Origin: Microgenomates group bacterium Gr01-1014_5
GTDB lineage: Bacteria; Patescibacteriota; Microgenomatia; UBA8517; UBA10165
Reading direction: 5' to 3'
DNA length: 64,000 nt
NCBI GenBank assembly: GCA_007376395.1
Contig: VMGE01000005.1
Span: 2,821 to 66,820 of the forward strand
In this document: positions 11,174 through 21,089 of the stretch, in pieces
Position numbering within the stretch: the first letter of the stretch is position 1
How the letters are laid out: each line of letters begins with the position of its first letter
Notes under the pieces: model-generated
The model's database searches: none
What the model was told of the DNA's origin: nothing
The model's input: the letters and a program-made list of their open reading frames with translations, nothing else
Made by a program: the position numbers and the translations under genes

Positions 11174-12409
11174 CTATTTCTTGAAGCTTTTCGACCATAT
11201 TATAAAGAGAAAGATGTGGGTAACGGCTAATACTTGAGTAAACCAGGGAACTAAAAGCTGTGCTTCTAAAGGAGCAAATCCGGGCACCCAAAACAAGTTG
11301 TATAAATTAATAAGATGTATAACCGCAAATCCCATATAAACCCACAACAGGCTTGGTAAAAATCCAAGCAAAAATGTTGCAGGAACAAAGAACGGATAGA
11401 GATATCTCTCATGAATTCTAGTCATAAAGAGAAATGAGATTAGGGCTGTGACTGATAGAGCAAAAAAAACTTTCTTTGGCGTAACCTCTTTAGTTAGCCA
11501 TAGTATAACTAGAGACATTCCAAAACCCGTAGTAACAGCTCCCAAAACTCTAGCAGGAAAGCCAAAGTAAAGAGTTGAATCTAATACTCTCCCGGAGTCA
11601 ATTAGCCACCAAAAATTAAAAGCATTGGCCGTCAAATACCCTATTTCTCCTGGCAATATCCGCTTTTGATATAAATCCGTCAGCCAAACAAGTAAATCTG
11701 CCTGTGGATGAAACCAGACTGAGGCCAAAACAATAAACAGAAGCGAGGTTGCTAGCGATTTGATCCATTGACGAACAGAGTATTTTTGCTTTATAACTAC
11801 ACAGGCTAGTATCGGGACAAAGATTGCTAATGAACCCTTGAAAAGAAGTGATAAAATAAACCAGACCAGAAATTTGGTCAATCTTCGCTCCAACAATGCC
11901 AATATTCCCAACAACCCCAACAAATTCACAATACTGTCAGTCTGCCCCCAAATACTCGAGTTGTACCAAACAAGAGGATTAAAAAGCCACAGGGAAGAAA
12001 AAAGAAACGCTTTCCTGTCTTTCTTAAAGAAGTTAAAAATCAAAACTCCGATTGCCAAGTCGGCAACGAGCGATGGTAGTTTCACCAACAGTATCATGCC
12101 TTTTTGTTCCCAAAACCAAATCAAAGGAGAAGGGAAGATAGGTATGTTGTTGTTCAACCACCAAATAGAGGTTTCTATTCCTTGCCATACAAGACGGGTA
12201 AACGCAAAAAGAAGTAAAGTTAAAGGAGGTTGATTAGGTGCAGAGTTTGGCCACCTTTCCCCTTCGTAAAAATTTACCAAGCCTCGATCGACCGCTAAAG
12301 TCCCCCACGAGATATTGTTATTTAAATCACCGTGATAGCCTAAAAACAGTACCCCTAAGCGCAGAATTAAAGCAACAAGTACTACCCAGAAGAAGGAGTA
12401 TTTTGCCAT
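11174..12409 (-). CDS. GT-C fold membrane glycosyltransferase (GT87/ALG6-like)
   Basis: NQPP, KLPSLVADL, NP...SSIWGQTDS, NAFNFW and IHERYLYP motifs. Confidence 0.78.
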   Translation of the reverse strand: MAKYSFFWVVLVALILRLGVLFLGYHGDLNNNISWGTLAVDRGLVNFYEGERWPNSAPNQPPLTLLLFAFTRLVWQGIETSIWWLNNNIPIFPSPLIWFWEQKGMILLVKLPSLVADLAIGVLIFNFFKKDRKAFLFSSLWLFNPLVWYNSSIWGQTDSIVNLLGLLGILALLERRLTKFLVWFILSLLFKGSLAIFVPILACVVIKQKYSVRQWIKSLATSLLFIVLASVWFHPQADLLVWLTDLYQKRILPGEIGYLTANAFNFWWLIDSGRVLDSTLYFGFPARVLGAVTTGFGMSLVILWLTKEVTPKKVFFALSVTALISFLFMTRIHERYLYPFFVPATFLLGFLPSLLWVYMGFAVIHLINLYNLFWVPGFAPLEAQLLVPWFTQVLAVTHIFLFIIWSKSFKK

Positions 12410-14121
12410 TAGTTTTTAGTAAAAAGATAATAAGCGGGTTCTCCTGAGGGAAAGGCCACTGCCTTAAGAAGTTTTAAGTCCCCGGGCTTTCTATCTGGTT
12501 CTGTGATTAAATTTATACCTACTTCTTTGGCTGTGGCAACATAGAGAGTCTTGTCGGGCAAACTTCTTGCTAATTCGTAAACACTCGGAGCGTTGGGTGT
12601 GCCAAAATAATATTTGCCTACTTTAGTAATCTCCCCAAAATTGGCTATGTTCTCTTTTTCACTAAACAAGCCGTCTTGTACCTCCTGCGGCGGGTACTGA
12701 CTCCAACCTAAAAAGAAAATAAATGTTGGCTCTCCTGCCATACTAAAAATAACCTTGTCGTAATCACCTGCTTGAGATACTGCGGTTTTAATAGCACTTT
12801 CAAAACCCGCATGCCACCACCGTTCAGAATCCCAAGGGTAATGCACCCAATATTGATGCTGATACCAAAGAAAACTGACAAGATAAAGTCCGATAATGCC
12901 GAGGCTTAACAACTTCCGTTGGTTTTTCAAAACATCAACTAAACCATAGATTCCGTAAGCAGTTAAAAAGACTAATACTGGCAGAAGGAAAAAAAGCCTT
13001 GTTGCGTGCGATCCGCCATCCCGAGTCATAGCCGCCGGAATAGGTGCCAAGACCAACCATAAAAGTAAAAAAATCTTTATTTTGCGATCCAATGGGCGTA
13101 TTAACAAAAAAACTAAACCTAGCAAGATAAATAGTCCTTCAAATTTATAAAACTCTCCGGCTCCTTGTACTGCATGCCTTGCGTTTAAATCTCCGTTTAT
13201 AAATAAAAATTGCGAAGAAAAAGTCTGGAGATAATTTTTTAACATTACCCCTCCCCACCACTGAAATTTATTGTGCACCACGCGACTTTCAAGATCTGGT
13301 TGGGCTCCGAACTTTATCTCAGGATCGTCCATCTTTGAGTCGCGCAAACGCGAAAATCCTATTTCAGGAATTGTTGTTGGGTCAGTAAAAACTGAGATAT
13401 AACCAAAGCGAGCCGTACCGCCTCCAAAGAGAGTACTCCAGGTTATTGGTGCTACGACTAAAATAAAAACGGCCAGCGTCCAAAGCAAGTATTTTTTACC
13501 CACTTTAAACAATTCTTTGTGCCAAACAATAAGAAGTCCTAATACTGTTAAGGGGAGGAAAAACTTCGCAGTTGAGTAAACCCAAGGTGTTAACCCTAAA
13601 AAAAGTGCAGAATAAGGAAGTAATCTTCCTTCTTTCAAGCCTTTTAGGAAAAAAAGTAAACCCGCAAGATAAAAAGTTAACATTTGAGTTACCTCAAATC
13701 CGGCTCGTGAGTATTGTAAATGCCAAGGAGAAATCGCAAGCAACAATCCCGCTAAAGTTGCCAATTTCCAGTTGCCGGTAATTAGTTTGATTAATAAGTA
13801 AAAAAGAAAAACCCCTAAAATGCCAAAAATAGCCGCCGGGAGTCTGACCCCTAAAGGTGAAATACCAAACATAGCAACTGTTGGCACAGCTGAATAGAGA
13901 TATAATGGGGTTCTCCATTCAGCTAGAGACTGAAAATGTAAGGGCCAGGAGTTTCCTGAATAATCTTTACCAGTTTTTAATATCGAATATGCGTGATAAC
14001 CCACGTCTAACTCGTCCCCGAATAAACTAACAGGTACCTGGTCAATTTTCCACAACCGAAGAACTGTAGCGATAACAAGTATTCCAATAAGTAAATAGGT
14101 CTTCAAATTTTTTGTTTCCAT
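12409..14121 (-). CDS. GT-C fold membrane glycosyltransferase (ArnT/PMT-like)
   Basis: GDELDVGYHAYSILKTGKDYSG, GVRLP, SPWHLQYSR. Confidence 0.85.
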   Translation of the reverse strand: METKNLKTYLLIGILVIATVLRLWKIDQVPVSLFGDELDVGYHAYSILKTGKDYSGNSWPLHFQSLAEWRTPLYLYSAVPTVAMFGISPLGVRLPAAIFGILGVFLFYLLIKLITGNWKLATLAGLLLAISPWHLQYSRAGFEVTQMLTFYLAGLLFFLKGLKEGRLLPYSALFLGLTPWVYSTAKFFLPLTVLGLLIVWHKELFKVGKKYLLWTLAVFILVVAPITWSTLFGGGTARFGYISVFTDPTTIPEIGFSRLRDSKMDDPEIKFGAQPDLESRVVHNKFQWWGGVMLKNYLQTFSSQFLFINGDLNARHAVQGAGEFYKFEGLFILLGLVFLLIRPLDRKIKIFLLLWLVLAPIPAAMTRDGGSHATRLFFLLPVLVFLTAYGIYGLVDVLKNQRKLLSLGIIGLYLVSFLWYQHQYWVHYPWDSERWWHAGFESAIKTAVSQAGDYDKVIFSMAGEPTFIFFLGWSQYPPQEVQDGLFSEKENIANFGEITKVGKYYFGTPNAPSVYELARSLPDKTLYVATAKEVGINLITEPDRKPGDLKLLKAVAFPSGEPAYYLFTKN

Positions 14122-15524
14122 TCCCGTTTCTCTACTCCTAACGACCCAAACTGCTTTATATCAATTATATTAGAACCAGTGTTCAACACGCCATACCAAT
14201 TATCTTTATAGATAGGTATTGTTTCGTCAGGCTCCCAAACAGAATAGAATGTCTGGGTTATTGCTTTACTCGGCATATATCCGTAGTTATTTTTACCATA
14301 CCATAAGAATAAATACTCCCAAGCCTCACTTTTCCACCAAGGCACACTAAAATATTCATAACTAAATGGTTCTCCTGCAGCAGAAGTATAAATATAGTCT
14401 AGAACTTTCTTTTGATCTCCCAGGTATGTCCTTTGCGAACGTTGTAAAAAATTGCCCTTGCTTTCGGGTAAAACACTTAAAGTGTGCCACAAATTAGCAA
14501 ACACTACCAATGCCGCTAAAAACGTCCCAAGGTAAAAGTATTTACCCTTCTTAGCCAAGAATAAACTACCGAGGGTTAAAACCCTCGGTATTCTCTTTTC
14601 AGAGAAAAGTTTGTTTCCGCTGGCTTCATCCGTGGAATAAATTCCACGGTATTCGCCTGTTTGTCTATTTTTATATGTGCTCGAAACCCAAAACAGAATA
14701 GCGCTCAAAACAACAAGAGAAAGATTTCTATTAAACGGCATAAGATTGTCAGCCGCCTCTGTAAAAAAGACTTCGTAGGCCGCCAGATAATTCTTCTCTT
14801 TGGTCAAATTTCCTGTGTAAGCCAGTAGTTTATTTGACAATATGTGGTCATTTTTAAAATCGAATACGATATAAGGAGAAAATATAACCAACAGGGTAGC
14901 TGCAGTCACCAGAACCTGCTTTAAGCTGGGTATAATTTTATACAGAAAAACAAAGAACAGTATTGGAAGAACTAAAGTTGAAGCAGTTGCCAGTGACAAG
15001 TGAAAAATTAATCCCCAACAGACGGCGGCGAGACTAAGAAACCATTTTTCTGACCTGGCCCTCACTAGTGCATAAAAGAGGATTATTGCCAAAAATGGAA
15101 TTAAATTAGGGTTTGACAACCACCTAGCGTAAATTATTGCCGAATAAGAAACTGCATAAAAAAAAGATGAAAGCAATGCAGTTTGTTCCCCAAAAAGATC
15201 CTTAGCTGCTCGATAGAGAAAATAAACACCAATAACGTTCAAAAAAATTAAGAAGTAAGTAATCGCTAACGGGTTTCCGCCTGTAAGCGCATGGATTGGG
15301 ACGAGGAAATAATAATAAAACACTCCATGAAAAATCCCATCGACGTCTGTGTTTGCTCCAATTAGGCGAAGATCCTCAAAATTTATAATTTTGGCAACCG
15401 CCAACATATCACGGCCTTGCTCGAAACCAAAAAAGAGATTTTGAGGAAGCCATAAAACTCTCAAAAATAGTGCTATGGCAAGAACTGTGAGTATTGGTTT
15501 CACTTCAGTTTTTGACTTATCCAA
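14103..15524 (-). CDS. GT-C fold membrane glycosyltransferase (xQGRD subfamily) carrying an in-frame inserted element
   Basis: FEQGRD, GIFHG, RWLSNPN; contains foreign peptide GEYRGIYSTDEASGNKLFSEKRIPRVLTLGSL. Confidence 0.82.
   Translation of the reverse strand: MDKSKTEVKPILTVLAIALFLRVLWLPQNLFFGFEQGRDMLAVAKIINFEDLRLIGANTDVDGIFHGVFYYYFLVPIHALTGGNPLAITYFLIFLNVIGVYFLYRAAKDLFGEQTALLSSFFYAVSYSAIIYARWLSNPNLIPFLAIILFYALVRARSEKWFLSLAAVCWGLIFHLSLATASTLVLPILFFVFLYKIIPSLKQVLVTAATLLVIFSPYIVFDFKNDHILSNKLLAYTGNLTKEKNYLAAYEVFFTEAADNLMPFNRNLSLVVLSAILFWVSSTYKNRQTGEYRGIYSTDEASGNKLFSEKRIPRVLTLGSLFLAKKGKYFYLGTFLAALVVFANLWHTLSVLPESKGNFLQRSQRTYLGDQKKVLDYIYTSAAGEPFSYEYFSVPWWKSEAWEYLFLWYGKNNYGYMPSKAITQTFYSVWEPDETIPIYKDNWYGVLNTGSNIIDIKQFGSLGVEKREWKQKI
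14561..14658 (-). mobile_element. Non-autonomous IS200/IS605-type palindromic element (PATE-like), family A copy 2; right end intact, left tip missing
   Basis: Perfect hairpin TACCGAGGGT-TAAA-ACCCTCGGTA (14567-14590); ends in TTAT on the minus strand; 86 bp identical to copy 1. Confidence 0.8.
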
Positions 15525-16306
15525 ATTACAAAGTTAATCAGCCAATGGCCAAACAATCCATGATAAATTTTGCTTCCCGGAATAAGCCGTCTCCATTGCT
15601 CTCCTGCCACACTCTTGCCAGACACACCTTGATGATGGACAACCAGAGCGGTGGGTAAATAGTAAACTTCAAGATCTGTCTTTTTTACCCTTCTGCAATA
15701 ATCTAAATCTTCGAAATACATAAAATAGCGTTCATCTAAAAGTCCGACTTTTTGAAGAGTTTGAGGTGTAATTAAAAACGCGGCCATTATCGCCGACTCT
15801 ATCACTGTGGGTAAAACTACGCGAGGCACATATCTTGAATAGATTTTCTTATTAAACCAAAATTCTGAGATTGCGCGATATAACGTCGGGAGAGGCATTA
15901 CAGAATCTTGAACAGTGCCATCGCTATTCAAAAGTTTAGGCACAACAACACCAGCATTTTTATGAATTTTGGCAAATTGCAACAATTTTGATACCGTCCC
16001 CCCTTTAATTTCTGTATCTGGGTTTAAAAGTAAAATATAATTTCCTTGAGAAATTTTAATTGCTTGGTTATTTGCCCTTGAAAAACCAGGATTATCGGCG
16101 TTTTTGATAAGTTTGAAAGAACCTTTAAAATTCGCGCTTTGGTCATTTGAAGCGTTGTCGACAATAATAATTTCACAAACAGGGTTTCTTAAATTGTTGG
16201 TAGATTTAACAATCGAATCGACACACTTTTTAAGAAAGTTGCCAGTGTTGTAATTAACGATAATTACCGAAACTTCAACTTTTAAATTTTGCGAGGATTT
16301 CTTCAT
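15500..16306 (-). CDS. GT2 glycosyltransferase (WbbL/rhamnosyltransferase-like)
   Basis: VSVIIVNYN, VDNAS, GFSRANN, LLNPD, DERYFMYFEDLDYC; start ATG 16306 inferred. Confidence 0.88.
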   Translation of the reverse strand: MKKSSQNLKVEVSVIIVNYNTGNFLKKCVDSIVKSTNNLRNPVCEIIIVDNASNDQSANFKGSFKLIKNADNPGFSRANNQAIKISQGNYILLLNPDTEIKGGTVSKLLQFAKIHKNAGVVVPKLLNSDGTVQDSVMPLPTLYRAISEFWFNKKIYSRYVPRVVLPTVIESAIMAAFLITPQTLQKVGLLDERYFMYFEDLDYCRRVKKTDLEVYYLPTALVVHHQGVSGKSVAGEQWRRLIPGSKIYHGLFGHWLINFVIWISQKLK

Positions 16307-17165
16307 CTGAAACTTTACCGCCTGTGTATTTCGACCTTGAAACAAATACTTGCGGCAATTTAAGTATAGCCCAAAGAAATGGAATCCAATAACCGGGATG
16401 AATTAATCTTAAAGGCATATAAATCAAATGTTGAGCCCACATACTCGTGCTTGTAATATTGCACCAGAAAAATAATACCTGATTACGCTGGGCAACCATG
16501 TCTTTTTTATTTCCCAAAGAATGCTTACCGACTGTAATCTCGTGTTTGTGTTCAACTTGAGCCTTTGGTTCCCACAAAACTTTCCACCCTCTTTTTTGGG
16601 CTCTGTACGACAGGTCTACATCTTCCCAGTAAAAAGGTTCATAAATTAGATTAAATCCGCCCAACTCTAACCATTTTTCTCGGGAAAACGCCGCACTTCC
16701 TCCTGAAGCCCAAAAAGAATCGCGTGTTAGTTCTACTTTTTTCCCAGGAACATGTTCGACTAAACCTAGACTCATAAACCCCTTTGCCCAACTCCACTGC
16801 CCCTCGTTAAAAGAAACCGCAAATACATCCGGATTCTCGAAATGTGGCAAAACGTGGATTAATACACCTTTGTCTGGAACCACATCTGTGTTAAGGAGAA
16901 TTACCACATCACCACTTGCAACCTTGAAACCTTGGTTTACACCCCTCGCAAAACCCAAATTTCTCTCATTTTCTATGACTTTTAATTCTTGTTTCTTGTT
17001 ACTTGTTACTTGTTTCTTGAGATATTCTAGGCTTCCATCGGTAGAACCATTTTCTACAACAATTACCTCGTCTGCGCCAATTGCCAGAACCCTAGGTAAA
17101 TTCTTTTCAAGTAGCACTCTTCCTTGCCAATTAGGTATCACGACCGATATGGATAATTGTTTCAT
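16275..17165 (-). CDS. GT2 glycosyltransferase
   Basis: ISVVIPNW, ENGSTDGS, NLGFARGVN, LLNTD, YWEDVDLSYRA. Confidence 0.88.
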   Translation of the reverse strand: MKQLSISVVIPNWQGRVLLEKNLPRVLAIGADEVIVVENGSTDGSLEYLKKQVTSNKKQELKVIENERNLGFARGVNQGFKVASGDVVILLNTDVVPDKGVLIHVLPHFENPDVFAVSFNEGQWSWAKGFMSLGLVEHVPGKKVELTRDSFWASGGSAAFSREKWLELGGFNLIYEPFYWEDVDLSYRAQKRGWKVLWEPKAQVEHKHEITVGKHSLGNKKDMVAQRNQVLFFWCNITSTSMWAQHLIYMPLRLIHPGYWIPFLWAILKLPQVFVSRSKYTGGKVSDEEILAKFKS

Positions 17166-18679
17166 TTAACAATCCTTTCTCGTTTCTGAACTACGATTTC
17201 TCCAAAATTCACTTCCTCGACAAATTTAGACTTACCCTCTTCCTCGGCAATAGTGTCTGGTAGATAACGTGCCGGAATACCGGCCATCGGCTCGATAATT
17301 AGAAAATATAATTTTGTGTCAGAGGAAGTTTTGGCCAGAGCGGCAAGCTGTCCTACTTGGTCCTGTCCGTGAAATTCTGGCACATACCCGTATTTTGATA
17401 ACCCGTACCAATTGTAAAGATAAGTCCAAACAATATTTATCCAAAGCGGGGAAGTCAAGGTGTTAATACTAAACTTATCACCGTTGGCTTGTATATATGT
17501 GTAATCAATCGCCTGCATTTGTTTAGACAACAACATATCCTTTTGAATTGAGAAAACAGTTTGTCCGTGAGAATTTTCTTTGAGTATCATGCTTAAATTA
17601 CTTAAAACAATAATACCCAAAACAATACCTGCAAGAATTCTTTTCCCAGAAGACCACCAATTATAAATATTAATTCCGAGTAAAATAGAAACAGCCGTTC
17701 CAATTCCGACTAAGAGAAATGGCGTACTTGTACCTCCAACCGTAACAACCGTCAAATGACTCAAAAGCCATGTTGCAAGAAAAGGTTTCCAAGAAATCTC
17801 TTTTTTATCCCAAGAGATAAGTGAAATGACAACGAGAGCCAGAACAAACACTCCCCCGTAACCTATATTTCCCGGATATGTTGAATAGGCAAAAACTTTC
17901 CCAAGCTGATTTAAAAAGAGTACGGCAAAATCTCCCAAGCCCTTTGATGCTACAAGTGAGTCTTGAGAGGATAACAACTGCAAAATACCTCCTATGCTCT
18001 TAAACCCAAACTTAAGTTCAGCGACGATCATCGTCGAAACAGCCAAAAAAGTAAAAGTTAAAAATTTAAAAGTTTCAGTCTTGGTAATTTTTTTACGTGT
18101 TGCAAACAACCATACCAAAACTGGAACCGCATGGTACAAAAGAAACACTTCTGCTTGAATGCTAAAACCCAATCCTAATCCGGTCAAAATCGGCGCCCAA
18201 GATTTTTTCTCTTTTATCCATGACCATAGTCCAAAATACACAAGAGCTACAGTCCAAACTCCAATTGTGGGATTTGACAACCAGTTTGCATATTGTGTTG
18301 CTTCAAACGAGACCGCGAATAAAAATGCCGCAAGCAATCCTGCTCCGGCCTTCTTGGTCATTGAATAGGTTAAACAAAAAATAACAAAAACTGTTACCGC
18401 GTTAAGTAGAGAAACCCAATACGCAGCATTAATTGGGTTTTTTCCGAATAAATATGCTGGAACAAGAACATAGTTATAGAGCGCTCCGTGATACAAACCC
18501 GGGGTAGACGCGGGAGGACCAAGAACTTTTAAATCTCCTTCAATTATTTGTCTCGTCACTAAAGCATCTCTTGCTTGGTCATAACCAAACGTAAGGGCGT
18601 ATTGAGGTAAAAATAGAATACGCAACAAATAAGCGAGTAAAAAAATAAATACCAAACCCGGCAAAAACTTTTTTGACAT
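17162..18679 (-). CDS. GT-C fold membrane glycosyltransferase (DQARD subfamily)
   Basis: YDQARD, LGPP, GLYHG, WLSNP; polytopic. Confidence 0.82.
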   Translation of the reverse strand: MSKKFLPGLVFIFLLAYLLRILFLPQYALTFGYDQARDALVTRQIIEGDLKVLGPPASTPGLYHGALYNYVLVPAYLFGKNPINAAYWVSLLNAVTVFVIFCLTYSMTKKAGAGLLAAFLFAVSFEATQYANWLSNPTIGVWTVALVYFGLWSWIKEKKSWAPILTGLGLGFSIQAEVFLLYHAVPVLVWLFATRKKITKTETFKFLTFTFLAVSTMIVAELKFGFKSIGGILQLLSSQDSLVASKGLGDFAVLFLNQLGKVFAYSTYPGNIGYGGVFVLALVVISLISWDKKEISWKPFLATWLLSHLTVVTVGGTSTPFLLVGIGTAVSILLGINIYNWWSSGKRILAGIVLGIIVLSNLSMILKENSHGQTVFSIQKDMLLSKQMQAIDYTYIQANGDKFSINTLTSPLWINIVWTYLYNWYGLSKYGYVPEFHGQDQVGQLAALAKTSSDTKLYFLIIEPMAGIPARYLPDTIAEEEGKSKFVEEVNFGEIVVQKRERIVK

Positions 18680-18686
18680 CTCTTTA

Positions 18687-21089
18687 TTATAACTTTAGCT
18701 TACCTTTTTTGAAATACAACGCCAGAATCGCTAATATAAAAATCGAGGCCAGTGTAACTTTAATACCCAAAAAAAACGATTTTGGCTCATAAACGAATCT
18801 TATCTCCCATTCCCCTTTGGGTACTTCGACAGCTCTAAACATATGGTCAGCAAGATAAATCTTTATTCCTTCGTTTCCTCTAAATGCTTTCCATCCGGGA
18901 AACATCGTATCAGAAACGAATAACAGACCATCTGTTCTCGTGGTAACTTTTAAAATAGTTTCTAGAGAAGTATATTTTGTATATTCTATTTTCCAGTCAG
19001 ATTTTGGTTGTTTGGCAAATTTTACTTCTTCCTCAATTAGTAATTTTTCTTTGTAAGGAAACTTTGGATCTATTAATAACCCTAAATGTTCTTCTTTTGG
19101 CAAGGTTTGCCAATCATAGAACATTGCGGCTCTAGGTATTGCATTTTTGTTTTTGAGAACAGAAACAGATTTATCCGTAAAAACATGATCTAAATATTCA
19201 TTGCCTTTTTGTTCTTTTAATAAGAAGTTTAAGCTGTCTGTTTTTACCAAAAAATATTCTGTGTTTAAGAGGTCAGATAAGGGGGAGGACATGCGATCGA
19301 TAATTCCAAATCTGTCTTGGGGAGTAACACCAATGTTGTTGCTATTTAATACTGCAATATACTTCGCCGTATTAAGCGGGTAGACCGGCTCATAACCGCC
19401 AGAAAATTCGATTCTGTACGGCATCCCCATATTAACGGGCATAATTCCATCGAATCCATTAACTCTAGATGGACCTTGAAAATTTTCTAAATAATTGGTA
19501 ATTGGCGTTTCCGGGTAAACTAAATCTGACCTTGTGAAAGGCGTAAATTTCCAACCAAAATAAAAAAATTCAACAAACGTTGCAAGGATCATAACAAATA
19601 CACTAATTTTAGAAAGAGACTTAAAATACTTAACACACACCAGAGAAACAAAAGCGACAAGCAACGATAATGAAGGCAATATTAAATTCCGGAGAGAAAC
19701 TTTGTGTTTCCAAATCTCCTCACTTGCTCCTCCAAAATAACTTAAGGCCGCGTAAATTCCAAATCCCAACAAAACGGCGCCTGGAAGAATAACAGGTTTA
19801 ATTAAATTTACCTGTTTACCATTCTTTAACCAATAATCCAACCCATAACCAATAGCTAGGGACACGGCAAGCGCATAAATTATTAGCCCTCTATAGGAAA
19901 CCATCGCTTTAGACCCCAACAAGCCTGTTTCACTGACAAAAATTGCAAGTGGAGTCGGAAAAGCAAGCAGTAGCGATAAAACAACCAATAAAACCAAAAA
20001 CTTTATTTCACGAACTTTTTGCCAAAGATTAAGACTAATAGTCGCCAAAACAAAACCAGCAACACTCATAAATCCAAGGTTGGACATGTAATTTTTATAA
20101 CCCCAATAATTGGCAGTTGCGTGATTTCCGTAATAATCAGGAGCAAAAAAGGTAATGATTTCTTGCCAAACAAGATAAATCCATTTAGCAGGTATCGATT
20201 CCTCTCCTCTTTGGGAAGAAAGAATAAGTTCAACAGCTGGAAATAATTGTATTGCCGTTAGTAGAAATCCCAGGACTACAAACAATCCTAATAATATAAC
20301 TTTTACAAAATACTCCCGTGTTACCCTAAGGCGCCAGATACATAACAAAAATAAAGATAACAACATATAAAAAACTAGCTGTGGGTAACCGGAAAAATAA
20401 TCTAACGCCACGCTAAGTGATAAAAAGACAAGGGTAAGAATCTTTCCTTCCTTAAACCACTTGTCGGCGAGCAGAAGAATTAATGGAATAAATGCTCCTA
20501 CTAAAACATGGACATTCCAAGAAGACATTAAAATGTTATATCCTGAAAAAGCATAAGCAAGCCCTGCCACAACTGAGCCAAGTCTGCTTATCTTCCAATA
20601 TCTTGCCAAGAGGTAAGTAAAATATGCAGCAAGAATGTGTTGCGCGATCACTTGCAACGTCCAGCCGTTGATCATACTAGTAAAAAAATAAATAATGTTT
20701 GTTGGAGAAAACGGTGCAGATTGAAAATCCGCCAAGAGAGGGACTCCGGCCAATAAATAGGGATTCCAAAGCGGCCAAACACCAGTTTTAATATACGATA
20801 CAGCAAGTTCCCTCAAGGGAAAGATTAGTGAAATCGTATCAGAAGTAATAGGATTTTTAACCGGAACTCCAGTAGAATATCCCCACTTATAATCTAGCCA
20901 AGGTAAATATCCACCAACCATAACGTCGCCTGAAATCGGAACTTTACCGAGGAAAATTTGGTAAAAAAATAGACAGGTAACAAGAATAATAAGTAAATGG
21001 GGCCAAAAATTACTTAATATACCTAAAAAGGTTTTTCTCAAACTCTTCTTCGCTGAATTTTTTTGCTTTTTCTCTTGCTTTATTGGCAA
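18687..21089 (-). CDS. YfhO-family GT-C membrane glycosyltransferase
   Basis: PLWNPYLLAGVPLLA, GYPQ, and C-terminal LFVSDTMFPGWKA...FRAVEVPKG...FVYEP typical of YfhO; true start uncertain. Confidence 0.85.
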   Translation of the reverse strand: MPIKQEKKQKNSAKKSLRKTFLGILSNFWPHLLIILVTCLFFYQIFLGKVPISGDVMVGGYLPWLDYKWGYSTGVPVKNPITSDTISLIFPLRELAVSYIKTGVWPLWNPYLLAGVPLLADFQSAPFSPTNIIYFFTSMINGWTLQVIAQHILAAYFTYLLARYWKISRLGSVVAGLAYAFSGYNILMSSWNVHVLVGAFIPLILLLADKWFKEGKILTLVFLSLSVALDYFSGYPQLVFYMLLSLFLLCIWRLRVTREYFVKVILLGLFVVLGFLLTAIQLFPAVELILSSQRGEESIPAKWIYLVWQEIITFFAPDYYGNHATANYWGYKNYMSNLGFMSVAGFVLATISLNLWQKVREIKFLVLLVVLSLLLAFPTPLAIFVSETGLLGSKAMVSYRGLIIYALAVSLAIGYGLDYWLKNGKQVNLIKPVILPGAVLLGFGIYAALSYFGGASEEIWKHKVSLRNLILPSLSLLVAFVSLVCVKYFKSLSKISVFVMILATFVEFFYFGWKFTPFTRSDLVYPETPITNYLENFQGPSRVNGFDGIMPVNMGMPYRIEFSGGYEPVYPLNTAKYIAVLNSNNIGVTPQDRFGIIDRMSSPLSDLLNTEYFLVKTDSLNFLLKEQKGNEYLDHVFTDKSVSVLKNKNAIPRAAMFYDWQTLPKEEHLGLLIDPKFPYKEKLLIEEEVKFAKQPKSDWKIEYTKYTSLETILKVTTRTDGLLFVSDTMFPGWKAFRGNEGIKIYLADHMFRAVEVPKGEWEIRFVYEPKSFFLGIKVTLASIFILAILALYFKKGKLKL

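Noticed and set aside
6130-14658. Invertible segment bounded by the two inverted 86-bp copies
   Set aside because: Genes inside and outside are co-oriented and coupled, no invertase is present, and inversion would join unrelated gene halves
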